Shown here one piece after another: positions 50,233 through 62,889 of a DNA stretch of 64,000 bases (position 1 is its first letter; every line of letters starts with the position of its first letter). The notes below the pieces were generated by a model. The model was not told where the DNA came from and did not search any database. It was given only the letters and a program-made list of their open reading frames with translations. The stretch is taken from contig MU008154.1 of assembly GCA_010909165.1 (NCBI GenBank), forward strand, positions 496,001-560,000, written 5' to 3'. Source of the stretch: Anthoceros angustus. Lineage: Eukaryota > Plantae > Anthocerotophyta. The position numbers and the translations under genes are program-made.

Positions 50233-51607
50233 CTGGATTGCGGGTACAACCCGAGCTCACGCGTCGAGCTTGGCTATGATCAGGTCATAGCTTGCATTAG
50301 AGGCTCTTCTGTGTGCTTCAAATGCTCTGATTCTTATTTTGAGCTAACAGCTCGACGCTAGTGCTGCACCTTGTACAGCATGTATTTTTGGTGCTGCAAT
50401 GTCATCTATTTTTGGTGAAAGCCTGACCCATTTAACATCGTGCCAGTTGTCACCTGCCATAGAGCATGTCGTTCCATAGCACTGGACAATCAGCCCTATC
50501 CACGAGGAAGGATTTCTTTGATGGGTAGAGATATTCATGCAGCAGTGAAAGTGCAAATGGTTAGTAACACTTATGAGAAGAACACGAAGGACTTTGCACA
50601 GCTTGTAGAGCATGATGTATCCAGGGACGGGCTCTTGCTGTTTGCTGAACCTTTTTGGCTGGTAGTGCGCAAGTTCTCACAAGCGTTCATGTCTTGAGGA
50701 CAGATGAACTGTAGATATGATCAAATTTGGTCTGTGGCTGTCACAGGGTCTTACACTATCGCAGGCTGGGTTGATTAACCTGAGTAAGGATTCAAATTTA
50801 CTTGACGTGGGGCAAGGACCCGCAGTCTTACTTGACTTGGTAAGACGAGTCTTACTTAATCGAGATATGTGAAGACTTTATGTAAAGAAAACAGATCGGA
50901 AATCCCATCCACCCGAGAAAAAAAGGGAACAACCCTCATGAGGGCACCATGCCAAGGAGGATTATCCCACGATGGCTCATGTGGCTTTCACATCGAAGAA
51001 GACAAGCTTCCTCTTCACTGCGCAGTGCACTTTAATGAACTGCATCGGAAACCTAGAATAGAAATACTGCGCGGTTTTTAGGCTCACGGCACCGTTCGTA
51101 ACGAACGGCGTGAACAGTGTAGTTTGGGAATAAGCTTTCATAATGAGTGCCCGAAAAGTACGGAATCGGTCAGCTGTATCCCAGGGTCGGGTTCCAGTGA
51201 GTGAAATAATAAGTTTTATTTATAATGTCATTCTAAGGGAGCATGAGATCATAAGAGATAGGTCTAGCCCTAGACCTACATAAGAAGACGGTGTGTGGTA
51301 TTCTCATATTAGGGTTTTCATTTCTTGGGTGTCCTGTCCCATTTCGTTTGTGGAGAAGAGACTTGCTGGTTTTCTTCATGTGTTATGTTAGAGTTGTTTT
51401 TTTTGTGATTTAGTTTTCTTGGTAGAGACAATCCTCTACCAAGGTCTTGGTATCTTGAAGTTTTGAAGTGCATGGTTTTTTCATTATAGTTTTTTATGAT
51501 ATTTTATGCCCTAAAATGATGAATAGGTTTGCAATCTTGTGTCTTAACTTAGTTCTCCAAGTTCATCAATCTCTGTTCCTAATGCTCTTCTTCAAGAAGA
51601 TAGTTTA

Positions 51608-52783
51608 TTGCTTTATTCTATGATTATAGTTGTTTTAATCACAATTATTGTGGCAGCTAGCGGAGAGGAGATTGAACGGAAGCGATCTAGAATATGGTGG
51701 AAATTCCCTTGTCAAGTAACACTGTGGCGAGATGTTCACATGAGAGCTTGGCAAACCAATGGAGAAGCGGTAAGAGATGCTCAATGGCATTTTGCTTATA
51801 GGATGTCATACCCTAATTTCAGGGCCTTGGTTGACCTTTTCAAGCCATATATTGTGCGTGCTGGGTTAAGAGAACCAGTGAAGTTGCATCATGCTGTTGC
51901 CATGGTGTTGCATCGACTCGCTAGAGGGCTTCCACCACATATTGTTGCAGACATGTATGGAGTTGGGGCATCCACTGTGGTTCAGTACACTTTGTTGGTT
52001 ACTGAAGTTTTAAGCAATCCTGACAAGTTGTTCTCAAGATTTATTTCTTGGCCTCTCCACAACTCGGCAACGGAATATATCTGCAAAGTTTTTGGTTCTC
52101 ACAGGATTACCAAATATGGTTGGAGCAGTAGATGGATCTCATATCAAGTTGGCTAGACAACCAGATACGAAAGACAACCCAGTGGCCTATTGGTGTCGGC
52201 ATGACATTCACTCTGTTGTTTTGCAAGGAATATGTGATTCTGACCAATTATTCCTTGATTTGTCTTGCACTCATCCAGGTGGTGTCCATGATGCTACAAT
52301 TTTACGAGAAAGCAGTGTATGGCAGAAAATGACATAGGGACAAATATTGACATCACCTTCCATGGAAATTTGTGGGACAACTATTACTCCATTTATTGTG
52401 GGTGATTCTGCGTACCCTTTGATGCCTTTTCTTTTGAAAGCTTTTCATGCAGTGGGAAATGATAGAGAAAAGGCTATGTTCAATAGGAGCATGCGGCGTG
52501 GGCGGGTGAAGATAGAAAATGCTCTTGCACTCTTGAAGAGTAGGTGGTGCATGTTGAAAAGCTTGAATGTAAGGTTGAAGTATGCCTCTCAAGTTGTAAT
52601 TGCTTGTTGTGTGTTACATAATTATTGTATCATGTCTGGCGAGGCACATCCCCGTGACGTGAATGTGGATCCATATCCTTTACATGATGGCCAGGAAATG
52701 AATATGTGGGAGGATATGTCATATAGACATTTGTATAACGAAGCGAAAAAGAGGAGACATGCTTTGTTTGATGCTTGGAGAAT
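51608..52783 (+). pseudogene. PIF/Harbinger DDE transposase, frameshifted, with a premature stop and interrupted by an LTR
   Basis: RMSYPNFRAL, VAMVLHRLARG, VGAVDGSHI, PGGVHDATIL, IVGDSAYPL, RVKIENALALLKSRW, VIACCVLHNYC. Frame change at ~52060-52090; TAG at 52335. Confidence 0.92.
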
Positions 52784-53469
52784 TGTGGCGCGACTTTTGC
52801 TGACGGCCAGCCGGGCGCGCACAATCCCGTGTCGTTGTAGGAAGGAGTTCGTTCCCAAGGGAATGACAGACTCCGTTTGCAGCGTTTCAGGCGATTCTCG
52901 TCTTACTTTGCGTCCGTTCAGTCCAACGCTCACACTCCTCAGTTCACGTCTAACTACAAACACCGCACAGGCCCGGTATGGCCAAACGTTTAAGGACCCG
53001 TTCGCGTCCGTTTCGTTCACGTTCGTCTCTCACACCTCTCGTCCGTTGCTCTCTCCACTCACACTACACTTATCAGTCTTAAGGAAAGACGCTGGTTACA
53101 TGCCCGACCTCCTCCGCCTCCTCCGTTCTCGGGCCTCTCGTCCGGCTCAGACGCCCCAAGTCCCTCCGGCTCACACGTTCGGCCGTCATACCGGGCCGCT
53201 GCCTGACGCAGCACGGGTCCCCGCCACCCTTCCCCGCACACACCACAACACGTTAGGTCGTCACGGGACCACGATCAATCCCTCCGAGTCAGTGCTCGTG
53301 AGACTCAGACTCACGTTAGCAAGAAGACACACAAGGTCCGCAAGAACGATCAACACCAAGAGAAAGATGATTTATTGAGGCAGACCCCTCTTATACTACG
53401 CCCGGTCGGCGTCTTTATTACACCCTATTCCGAAATGGCCACCAAGATGCCCTAATCGGCCGCCTACCA
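52784..53469 (-). mobile_element. 3' LTR (~686 bp) of a Ty3/gypsy element
   Basis: TG...CA termini (52784 TGTGGCG; 53468-53469 CA). On the - strand a polypurine tract (gaaggagataggggaggaatagga) directly precedes it, and TATAAG followed by AATAAA lies at ~53395-53370. Confidence 0.7.
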
Positions 53470-56400
53470 TCCTATTCCTCCCCTATCTCCTTCGCGGCGG
53501 TGTGGGAAGGTCCCGGTTCCGCCTTGGGATTGGTGGTCCAATCTCCGTCAGCGATTGCGGGCGCGCAATCGGATGATCCGCGAGGCGGACCCTCCTCTCC
53601 CGGAATCACAGCCGGGTTGGGCTCTTCTCCTTGCGGATGGACGGACCTCCTCCGCCACCTCCTCCGCCTCCCCATGGGTCCCCTCGGTGGGGCCACTATC
53701 TGCTCCCCTAAGTCGAAGGGGCTCCTCATCGCCAAGTCCCGACCTCGAGGTCCGGTCTCGACTCGGGGCTGAACTCAGTCGGCTTATTCAGTCGGCCCGG
53801 TGGGTCCGGCCTCGTCTCGGGGTTCGGACCTCGGGGTCCGAACTTATTCAGTCCGGTCCCAAGCTCCGACTTTCCGTGGACCTCAGATCGCTAGGTCCTC
53901 CTCCCCCGACCCTTGTCTTGGTGGGTTGGCTCCCTTCTGCACCTTCGGGCCCGTCACCCCTTCTCGAGGCGGGTGGTGGTGAACTTACCACAGGGTCCGT
54001 TGCGTCCCGCTCCTCTTGGGGCTCTTCTCCTTGCCGTCGTCTCCAAGCAGGGCCCCTAGGGTCCTGTGGCCGCCCTGCCTTCTTCCCCTCAGGGCCTTCC
54101 GGTCCGTCTATTTGCGGGCGCCGAGAGGCCTCACCGCCTCGGAGCCTGGTAATAGGCAAAGTCCGAATCCACTTGCTGGATTGCCTCTTCCACGTGGAGC
54201 ACCGATACTCCCTTCGCCATAGGTGCTCCGGAGAGCCTGCCCCGCTTGTTGCTCCACCTCCCCGCCAGTTTGATAGGCTGGGCGCTCTATCTCCTTGCGG
54301 TCCTCCATCTCGGCGGCGTCCTGCTCCGCCACCTCCCCGCAGCTGCTCCACCTCCTGCTCCAACTCCTCCGCCTCCCGCCGCCTTGCCCGCCATAGCGCG
54401 TTCCCTTCAAACTTCCTCGGTGGACCGGCTTCTTATGCTTCCGGCCCTCGCCTCTTTGTCCATTACATTAACTCCGCCATCTCCGCTTGACGGCAACACG
54501 CTGATCAGCGCTTCGCCAGCCCTTCTCCATCTCGGCGGCGTCCTGCTCCTGTTCCATCGCCCGTCGGCTCGTCCAGCAGGGAGCCGCTCTATTTCCGTCG
54601 CGTTCGCGACCATGTCCCGCACTACCATTCCTCTCAATGATAGTTTGAGTCAGCCCAAAGTCTCCTTGCGGTCCTCCATCTCCTGCCTTCTTGCTCCACC
54701 TCCGGGAGTCAGGAGATCCTCCATCTCCTTGTCGCGAACTTCTGGCTGGTCGCGCTTGCTCCACCTCCTGCTCCATCTTGAGGCTGGGCGCTCTATCTCG
54801 CTCGAAGTCTGGATTCTCGTTGAGAACTCCTTGTCGCCCGACGCTGCCTTGGAGTTGTAACTCCAAGGTGTCCTTCTTGTCCTCCAACTCCTGCCGCCTC
54901 CCTTCTACCTCCTGCTGCGAGGTCCCGATTTCCGGGTCTTGGCCTCCGGTGTTCTGCGGCTCGTCGTGCTTGCTCATGCCACACTCGGCCTTGATTGGCG
55001 TGGCTCTCTCGGCCGCCTCCCTCCACGGTTCGATCACGCCGATAGTGATCGCGATCGGCCTCCTCCGCCTCCTTGGCCACCTTCACTGAGCCTCTCGCAG
55101 CTCTGGTCGGTCGGCTGCCTCGCGGATCCGCGCCGCTTGCGCCCGGGCCTCCTCGCTTCTGCTGCGCTCGCCCCTCACTGCGGAGGTCCTCCGCTTGGGC
55201 CTCCTTAGCTTCACCTCCTCCGGTGAAGGAATTTAGTCCGGTCCTTGCGGATGGACGGACCTCCCTCTCGCCTCCGCTTCCTTCCTCAATCCGGCCGAGA
55301 GCTTGACCTTCCTTCTGCCTGGGCTCCCTCCAGCCTCACGGAGGAGTACCATGCGCCTCGGGTGGCTTCTACCTCCGGGTCTTGGCCTCCGGTGTTTCTG
55401 CGGCTCGTCGTGCTTGCTCATGCCACACTTTCGGCCTTGATTGGCGTGGCTCTCTCGGCCTCCCTCCACGGTTCCGATCACGCCGATAGTGATCGCGATC
55501 GGCCTTCGCCGGCTCGCCTCCTTGGCCACCTTCACTGAGCCTCTCGGCTTGGCTCTGGTCGGTCGGCTGCCTCGCGGATCCGCGCCCGCTCTGCGCCCGG
55601 GCCTCCTCACTTCTGCTGCGCTCGCCCCCCTGCTGCGAGGTCCTCCGCTTGGGCCTCCTTAACTGCCTTTTGCTCCTCCATGAAGGAATTTAGTCCGGTC
55701 CTTGCGGATGGACGGACCTCCCTCTCGCCTCGGCGTTTCCCTTCCTCAATCCGGCCGAGAGCTTGACCTTCCTTCTGCCTGGGCTCCCTCCAGCCTCACG
55801 GAGGAGTACCATGCGCCTCGGGTGGCTTCTACCTCCTGGGTCTTCTCGGCCATCCATGAGACCCCAGCATACCGTCCATGACGGTAGCTGTGACCCGCCG
55901 TGTTTCTTCCACGGCCACCGTGAGGCTCCCACAAAGTCCGTGAGTGAGCCGATCTCACGGTCCGCCAAGGACCTCCATACTGTCCGAGTAAGTCGGTGGG
56001 TTCTCGGACCTAATCGGGACCCTTAGGTCACGAGTCTTTGCTCCACCTCCCGAGCTTCACCCTCCTTGGCCCTTTTGGCGCGAGCTCCTTCTCGCCCTTT
56101 TCTCCACAGGGCTCGGAGGAGGTGAGGGAGTCAGGAGCAAGCCTTTTGCCCCTTCACAGGGCGGCAGGACCCGGCTCGAGTGCTGCTGCGGTGTCCTCCT
56201 CCTCCACAGGCGTCCCTCGCCCTCCTTCGCTTCCTCACTTCTTGCCACTCAGGTAGGCGGGGTAAGTCTTGGCCGTCCCGAGGTGCAGCGTTGGTAGCCG
56301 TGGTCTTGCGTCTCTTGGCTCCCTCACAGTCGGCGGGGCCTCACCGTGGTTGTGGCCGGTGGCGGGGCCGCTTCTGCTGGGCTCGGTTGGGGCACGGAGG

Positions 56401-57440
56401 AGGGAAGGAATTTCTTCCATACTTCCACAGGTGGTGAGGGGTCCGTTCAGGGCGTATGGAGTCGGAATCCTCGATCGTCCTCCTCCTCCGGGTCCGTTTG
56501 GCCTTGACGATCGGCCTCCTCCCTCGGCGCCCTTGCCGCTCCACTTGGCGGGGCCTCGGTCCTTTCGGGCGCTCGCTCAAGCTCTCCCTCCTTCAGGAGC
56601 TCGAAATGTCCCCATACATGGATCAGGTATGGGGACAGCCCAGATGGCGAGGGCTTCTCGGTCCTGAGCTTGCGGGCCTCCTGACTAAACCGGGCGAAGA
56701 TAATCCTTCCCCAGTCCGCCCTCTTCCCCCGCTGCAGCGCATGCAGGAATACCAACAGGTTATCACCAAGGTGATCCACCTTGGTGAGCAGGTTCCAATG
56801 GACAATGATCCGGGCTACCGCCCTTACTCATTGTCAGGTCGGATATCGACCGTTGGTGGTCCGCGGCCCTGTGCCTCATCACTGCTGGCCCTATCTTCCC
56901 CGCCTTGAGGGGCTCGGCACCACTCCCCTTCTTCCTCCTTTGGGCGGTTGTAGGCGCCTCGGGACCTCAAGGTCCATCGCCTTGGGTCCTCCGGAGGTTC
57001 TTGGACCGCACCTCCTTATTGACCGCCCGGCATCTTCGGGCGAACTCCGGACGGTGACACTATCAACGTCCGCACCATCCGAACACATCCAAATGCCACT
57101 CCTGCACCAATTCTCCGCTTCCTGGGCGGGCCCAAAGTCCGGATAGCGCGGGTCACAATGTTGCGCTCCACGAGGTTCCATGGCTCCCAAACTTCCGCGG
57201 GCTTTTGGGTGCCATCGCCTTCTCCCTTGGTTGTCAGTTGTCGAGACCGGCACGCGCTTCGCCGCTGCACGCTCCAACCTCAGCGGTGAGCCAAGACGCC
57301 CGAGTGTCCCACGAGATACCGCGAGCGGTTGCGGGCGCGAGATCGCGGTGTCTCGAGGTCAGTGAAATGACCTTCCTTCGCCACGCCGGAGTAACCGGGC
57401 AGGGCGCCTCGTCCAGAATCGCCAGAGAGGTCCGCATGGC
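53470..57440 (-). mobile_element. Additional sense-strand ORF region downstream of gypsy pol (fragmented), with internal duplications
   Basis: Fragments DHLGDNLLVFLHALQRGKRADWGRIIF...LSPYLIHVWGHFELL and charged repeats (RAPSLKMEQEVEQ). A ~450-bp tandem duplication has gaaggaatttagtccggtcc at 55226 and 55682. Confidence 0.6.
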
Positions 57441-57799
57441 TTATTCGACCTTACGCCCGCCTTACGCCGCACCTGGTTTTACGCCACGGCATCCGCGGCG
57501 TGAATACTGCTATAACGGCCTCGCAAGGTTACTGCCACAGATGCCTGCCTCCACTGTGGCCCACGTGGCGTCGCCTGGTCGTCCTCACGGCTCAACTTCT
57601 AAGTTACTTTCCTGGCGTACTTATCACCTGGTCACAGGTGGGTCCGGACTTATCCTACCTCGGCCCGCCATAGTAGGTCCGGTACGCCTCACTCCGGTCG
57701 GAGTATACTCCGAGTGCCCCGAGTGCTATCCGTGCTTATTTCCCCTTTTTCGCCTCATTTTATCCTTTGCTCCTACAAAAAACAAAACCCTACCTATTT

Positions 57800-60020
57800 C
57801 TAACCCCCAAGTCCGTAGTCCACATACTCCCTTCTCACCGCTACGCCTCCGCCAACACTAAGCGTGTACTTTTTCACCCGCCACCCGTTCACCCGAGTGG
57901 GCAGCAATTCACCATCCAATTGCCGAAGCTGAACGGACCCATTGGCGTATACCTGTACCACTTGGTAAGGTCCCATCCATCGTAGGTGGAGTTTACCCGG
58001 AAAGTGCATATGTCGGCTGTCGTAAAGGAGGGCCAGATCTCCCTCCTTCACATACTCCTGATTCCGAAGGCGCCTGCCATGCTGATGTTGATTGTATCAC
58101 GCTGTTGCGCCTCTTCCCGGTCCTCCGTATGCTGCACAAACCCTAGCAAACGCTCCAGTTGGCTCTCTTCATCCGTTAAGCGCCTCTCCATCATGACCCG
58201 GAGTGTTGGCACCTCAAACTCTACCGGCATAACGGGTGAGTGCCCATAGGCCAGGTAATACGGAGTTCGCTGCGTGGTTACCTTCTCTGCCGTTCTGAAC
58301 GCCCATAGCGCTGATGGTAGCTTTGTATCCCAGTCGTGCGCATAGTTAACCGTAAGCTTATTGAGGATGCGGCAGATAAGTCCATTGGTCTTCTCCGTCA
58401 GTCCGTTGGCCTTCGGGTTGTAGGGGGCCGTTTTACGATGTGTGATGCCGAAATAGTCCGTCATTGCAGTTATCACATCATTGAGGAAATGGGTTCCCCG
58501 ATCGCTACCACCGCAACGACACCCATACCTTGTGATGATGTTTTCAGAGGAATTTGGCCACCGTGCTCGATCCGTTCTAGTAGCGCTTCCACCCACAGTG
58601 CGATGGTCGTTGCCACCAAAATGTACCGCTTTTGTGTGCCTCGTCGTTGGTATATGGGTCCAAGTCGATGCCCACTTCTCAAAAGGCGCTAGTGCTAGTA
58701 TGGGCACTAACGGCCATTGGGTTGTGGCGTCGGCTTCCGATCCACGACAAGCATCACACTTCTTCACAATTGGTGTGTTTCCCCATACATGGTGGGCCAC
58801 CAAGACTCACCTCCAAGATTTTCTTGGTGGTGACTCACACGATAATGTCCACCACCTAGTCCTTCGTGCATCCCTTTATTACCACCTCCGTCTCACTTTG
58901 TTGGAGGTACCTTCGTTCCATCGGCCCCACCTTAAAGATGCAACCGTTATACAAGAAAGGCGGCGTAGTGCACAAAGGCCCGCCACTGACCCGTTCAGCT
59001 TGGTAGCTCCATCTCCCATAGGTACCGTTCCAACTCCGATAAGAGGGCCGCCCGGCCCGCTCCCTTCTCCGCTTCGCCAGGTCCTGCTCACCTTAGGGTT
59101 TGTCATTGTGCTCCTCTACCTCCTCCTCTATCGCCACCAATTCCTCATCCGGAAGGCGTCCTCGATCCTCGCAGTCCGCTTTAACTGGACAAGAAGTCAG
59201 CGTTTTGGTGTTGCCTTCCTTGCCTAGTCTCCACCTCAAATGTGAACTCCTGTAGCAACAGAATCCACCTCGCAATCCGTCCAGACAGGTCGGCCTTGTT
59301 CACCAAGTGCTTGAGCGCGAAGTGATCAACATAAAACACGAACTCGTTGGGCAGAAGGTAGTGCCTGAATTTCTTAACGGCGTATACCATTCCCAATGCC
59401 TCTCGCTCCGTAGTAGTGTACCTGCTCGGCGTGAGCCGCCTTCCAGTAGTAGATTGGGTGATCCCTCCGTTTATCATCTTTTGGTGAGCACTACTCGATG
59501 GCGGTGACACATCCACATACACATGGAATCGCTTCCCCGGGCCCGTCCTTTGAGTATCGGGGCACCACTGAGTGGTCTGTAGGTCTCTGAATGCCGCCTC
59601 CCTCTCTGGCGTCCAGGTCCATTCTTCCTCCTTCCTGAGTAGCTCTGTTAGCCTGGAGGCCCTCTTTGCAAAATCTTGGATGAAACGCCTATAGTAACCC
59701 ACCATGCCCAGGAATCCCCGTAACTCCTTCAAGTTCGTAGGCGGCTGCAGGGACTGGATGACTTTCACCTTGTCTTGATCCACCTCTATCCCTCTTGCCG
59801 ACACGCGGTGTCCCAACAAGATTCCCTCTGTCATACCGAAGTAGCATTTCTCCGGATGCAGGCACAGTTGAGTCTCCTTACAACGTTCCAAGCACTTCCG
59901 CAGATGTCCAACGTGTTTGTCCTCCTCTCCGTGCACACAGAAGTCGTCCAAGAACACCTCCATGAAGTCCCTCAGAAACTCCCGGAAGACGTTGGTCACC
60001 ATCCGCATAAATTTCTGCAC
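57800..60020 (-). mobile_element. Ty3/gypsy pol remnant (partial RT, RNase H, integrase), non-chromovirus type, frameshifted; gag and 5' LTR absent
   Basis: RT EVFLDDF, YFGMTEGILLGHRVS, FLGMVGYYRRFI; RNase H TTEREALGMVYAVKKFRHYLL, RIARWILLLQEF; integrase SDRGTHF, YNPKANGLTEKTN, GKLHLRWMGPY. Domain order RT-RH-INT; no chromodomain. Confidence 0.93.
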
Positions 60021-60176
60021 AAGGTCTCCTAGTTGCTGAAACATAGAGTATGGAAAGGTGGAAAGCGTCAAAGAAAAACCTTAAAACGTGAAGATGTGGT
60101 TCAACTTCAAAGAATACATTTGCAAATAGAAAAATGCCTTTAAGAAGCCAATAATATTCCTTAATGAAAAGGACTT

Positions 60177-61260
60177 CTACTCATTTGGTACACTGGGCTT
60201 GCTTTTCTTCAGTGACCACCCTGCCAAGACTTTCGCCATCTCCAGTTGATTCGTGAGAAAGAGCTTCTGCATCTGCAAGGACTTGGCCATCTTGGCCGAT
60301 TCAATCTGAGCGAGGCATTCAGCAAAAGCTGCCAAGCCAGACATGAGATCCTTGCTTAAACCACCTGATGACCTACGTCGCTTTATTTTTTTGGATTGCA
60401 CTCCACCTGGAGTGTGCCTCTCATTATCTGTTTCGGAAGGTGAATGGTTGCTGTCACATGGGGTTTTAGGAACGTGTGAAACCCCGCCTTCACTGCAAAA
60501 TAACCAACCACAGGGCAGAGACATACACCAGACTAGATTAGCATGCAGAGACATATACCAGACTAGATGAGCATGCAGAGACATACACTAGACTAGACTA
60601 GCATGCAGAGACATACACCAGACTAGATTAGCATGCAGAGACATACACTAGACTAGACTAGCATGCAGAGACATACACCAGACTAGATTAGCATGCAGGC
60701 TTACACACAGAATGCAACAAAATCTGCAACCTACTCATGCAGAATCTACGACAGTTAGATGGCAAGCAAGAATAGATGCCATGCACAACTTGAAGCGGGG
60801 CATAGGTGGAGGCGTCCCGATGTTAGCAACATCTGTCTCCTCAACTTCAGCAGTGGGAGCACTAGGTTTTGTGGCACCCTCCAATTTTGGAGCAGTCTGC
60901 GAGGACAAAGTGGAAATGGATTTACCTGGGTCTATGCCGTTGGGGATTCCCGCGAACTTGGGGTTGTTGTCACAAAGTGTTGCCATTGCAGCAAAGTGTG
61001 GCCAAGAGGAGTTTGTTTGGCAAGAGCTTGCCTTCATGTCCTTCTCCTTCCTGTAGCGCTTCTTCAAGTTTTCCAACTTTTGTTTGCATTTCCTAGCTGT
61101 GAGGTTGTCCATGTTGCAGGTGCTGCTGATTTCTTGGGCAATTCGTGTCCAGTGCTTCGTCCCCAAATTCCTGTGCTTGAGGTGCACAATCTGCATCTCC
61201 AAGTAAGCTTCAATGAGTGTTGTTGTGGCCTCTTCACTCCATGCAATGGATTTGGGTCAT
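60177..61260 (-). pseudogene. Harbinger-associated Myb/SANT-like (MADF/trihelix) gene, copy A
   Basis: PKSIAWSEEATTTLIEAY...HWTRIAQEI...KCKQKLENLKKRYRKEK...WPHF; C-terminal helix LAAFAECLAQIESAKM. Convergent with the transposase; in-frame TGA just before PKSIAW. Confidence 0.85.
60515..60698. repeat. 30-bp minisatellite (6 copies) filling an intron of the Myb/SANT gene
   Basis: gcagagacatacaccagactagattagcat units at 60515, 60545, 60575, 60605, 60635 and 60665; degraded copy at ~62150-62338. Confidence 0.95.
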
Positions 61261-61266
61261 TTGCCC

Positions 61267-62889
61267 AGGCCCTCTTTGCAAAATCTTGGATGAAGCGCCT
61301 ATAGTAACCCACCATGCCCGGGAATCCCGTAACTCCTTCAAGTTCGTGGGCGGCTGCGAGGCGGATGACTTTCACCTTGTCTTGATCCACCTCTATCCCT
61401 CTTGCCGACGCGGTGTCCCAACAAGATTCCCTCTGTCATGCAGTAGCATTTCTCGGATGCGAGGCAGTTGAGTCTCCTTACAGCGTTCCAAGCTTCGCGG
61501 ATGTCCAACGTGTTTGTCCTCCTCTGCACAAGTCGTCCAGAACACCTCCATGAAGTCCCTCGAAACTCCCGGGAAGGCGTTGGTCACCATCCGCATAAAT
61601 TTCGCACAAGGTCTCCTAGTTCTTTGAAACATAGAGTATGGAAAGGTGGAAAGCGCCAAAGAAAAACCTTAAAACGTGAAGATGTGGTTCAAACCGTGGC
61701 AATAAGTGCAGCTTCTTCCTCAATTGCGAGATCTGCGGTGGTCTCGATCGTCTTGTACGTATATCTGCGGGCAAAGAATACATTTGCAAATAGAAAAATG
61801 CCTTTAAGAAGCCAATAATATTCCTTAATGAAAAGGACTTCTACTCATTTGGTACACTGGGCTTGCTTTTCTTCAGTGACCACCCTGCCAAGACTTTCGC
61901 CATCTCCAGTTGATTCGTGAGAAAGAGTCAGATTCTGCATGACTTGGCCATCTTGGCGATTCAATCTGGCGAGGCATTCAAAAAAGCCAAGCGGACATGA
62001 GATCCTTGCTTAAACCACGATGACCTCGTCGCTTTATTTTTGGATTGCACTCCACAGTGTGTGCCTCTCATCTCTGTTTAAGGTGAATGGTTCACATGGG
62101 TTTTAGGCGTGGAAACCCCGCCTTCACCGCAAAATAACCAACCACGGTAGAGACATACCCAGATTAGCATGCAGAGACATACCGACTAGATGAGCATGCA
62201 GACATACACCGACTAGATTAGCATGCGAGACGCCCACTAGACTAGCATGCGAGACATACAGACTAGATTAGCATGCGAGACATACACTAGACTAGACTAG
62301 CATGCAGAGACATACACCAGACTAGATTAGCATGCAGGCTTACACACAGAATGCAACAAAATCTGCAACCTACTCATGCAGAATCTACGACAGTTAGATG
62401 GCAAGCAAGAATAGATGCCATGCACAACTTGAAGCGGGGCATAGGTGGAGGCGTCCCGATGTTAGCAACATCTGTCTCCTCAACTTCAGCAGTGGGAGCA
62501 CTAGGTTTTGTGGCACCCTCCAATTTTGGAGCAGTCTGCGAAGACAAAGTGGAAATGGATTTACAGGTCTATGCTGCTAGATTCCTGAACTTGGGGTTGT
62601 TGTCACAAAGTGTTGCCATTGCGCAAAGTGTGGCCAAGAGGAGTTTGTTTGGCAAGAGCTTGCCTTCATGTCCTTCTCCTTCTGTGGCGCTTCTTCAAGT
62701 TTTCCAACTTTTGTTTGCATTTCCTAGTCGTGAGGTTGTCCATGTTGTGTGTGATTTCTTGGGCAATTCGTGTCCAAAGGTCTTCGTCCCCAAATTCACT
62801 GGCAGGTGCACAATCTGCATCTCCAAGTAAGCTTCAATGAGTGTTGTTGTGGCCTCTTCACTCCATGCAATGGATTTGGGTCATTTGCC
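61267..62889 (-). repeat. Indel-rich second copy of 59657-61266 (RT fragment, junction and Myb/SANT gene); its 5' coding part continues to 63099
   Basis: ggccctctttgcaaaatcttggatgaa at ~59659 and ~61269; the same RT-to-host junction; many 1-3 nt deletions relative to copy A. Confidence 0.9.

Noticed and set aside
50760-51600. Harbinger TIR/TSD candidates (tta|ggc at ~51078; ggcc|taa at ~63865)
   Set aside because: The ends are not mutually complementary, so element boundaries are left undefined.
60515-60698. CRISPR-like array
   Set aside because: Head-to-tail units without unique spacers in a eukaryotic intron; it is a minisatellite.
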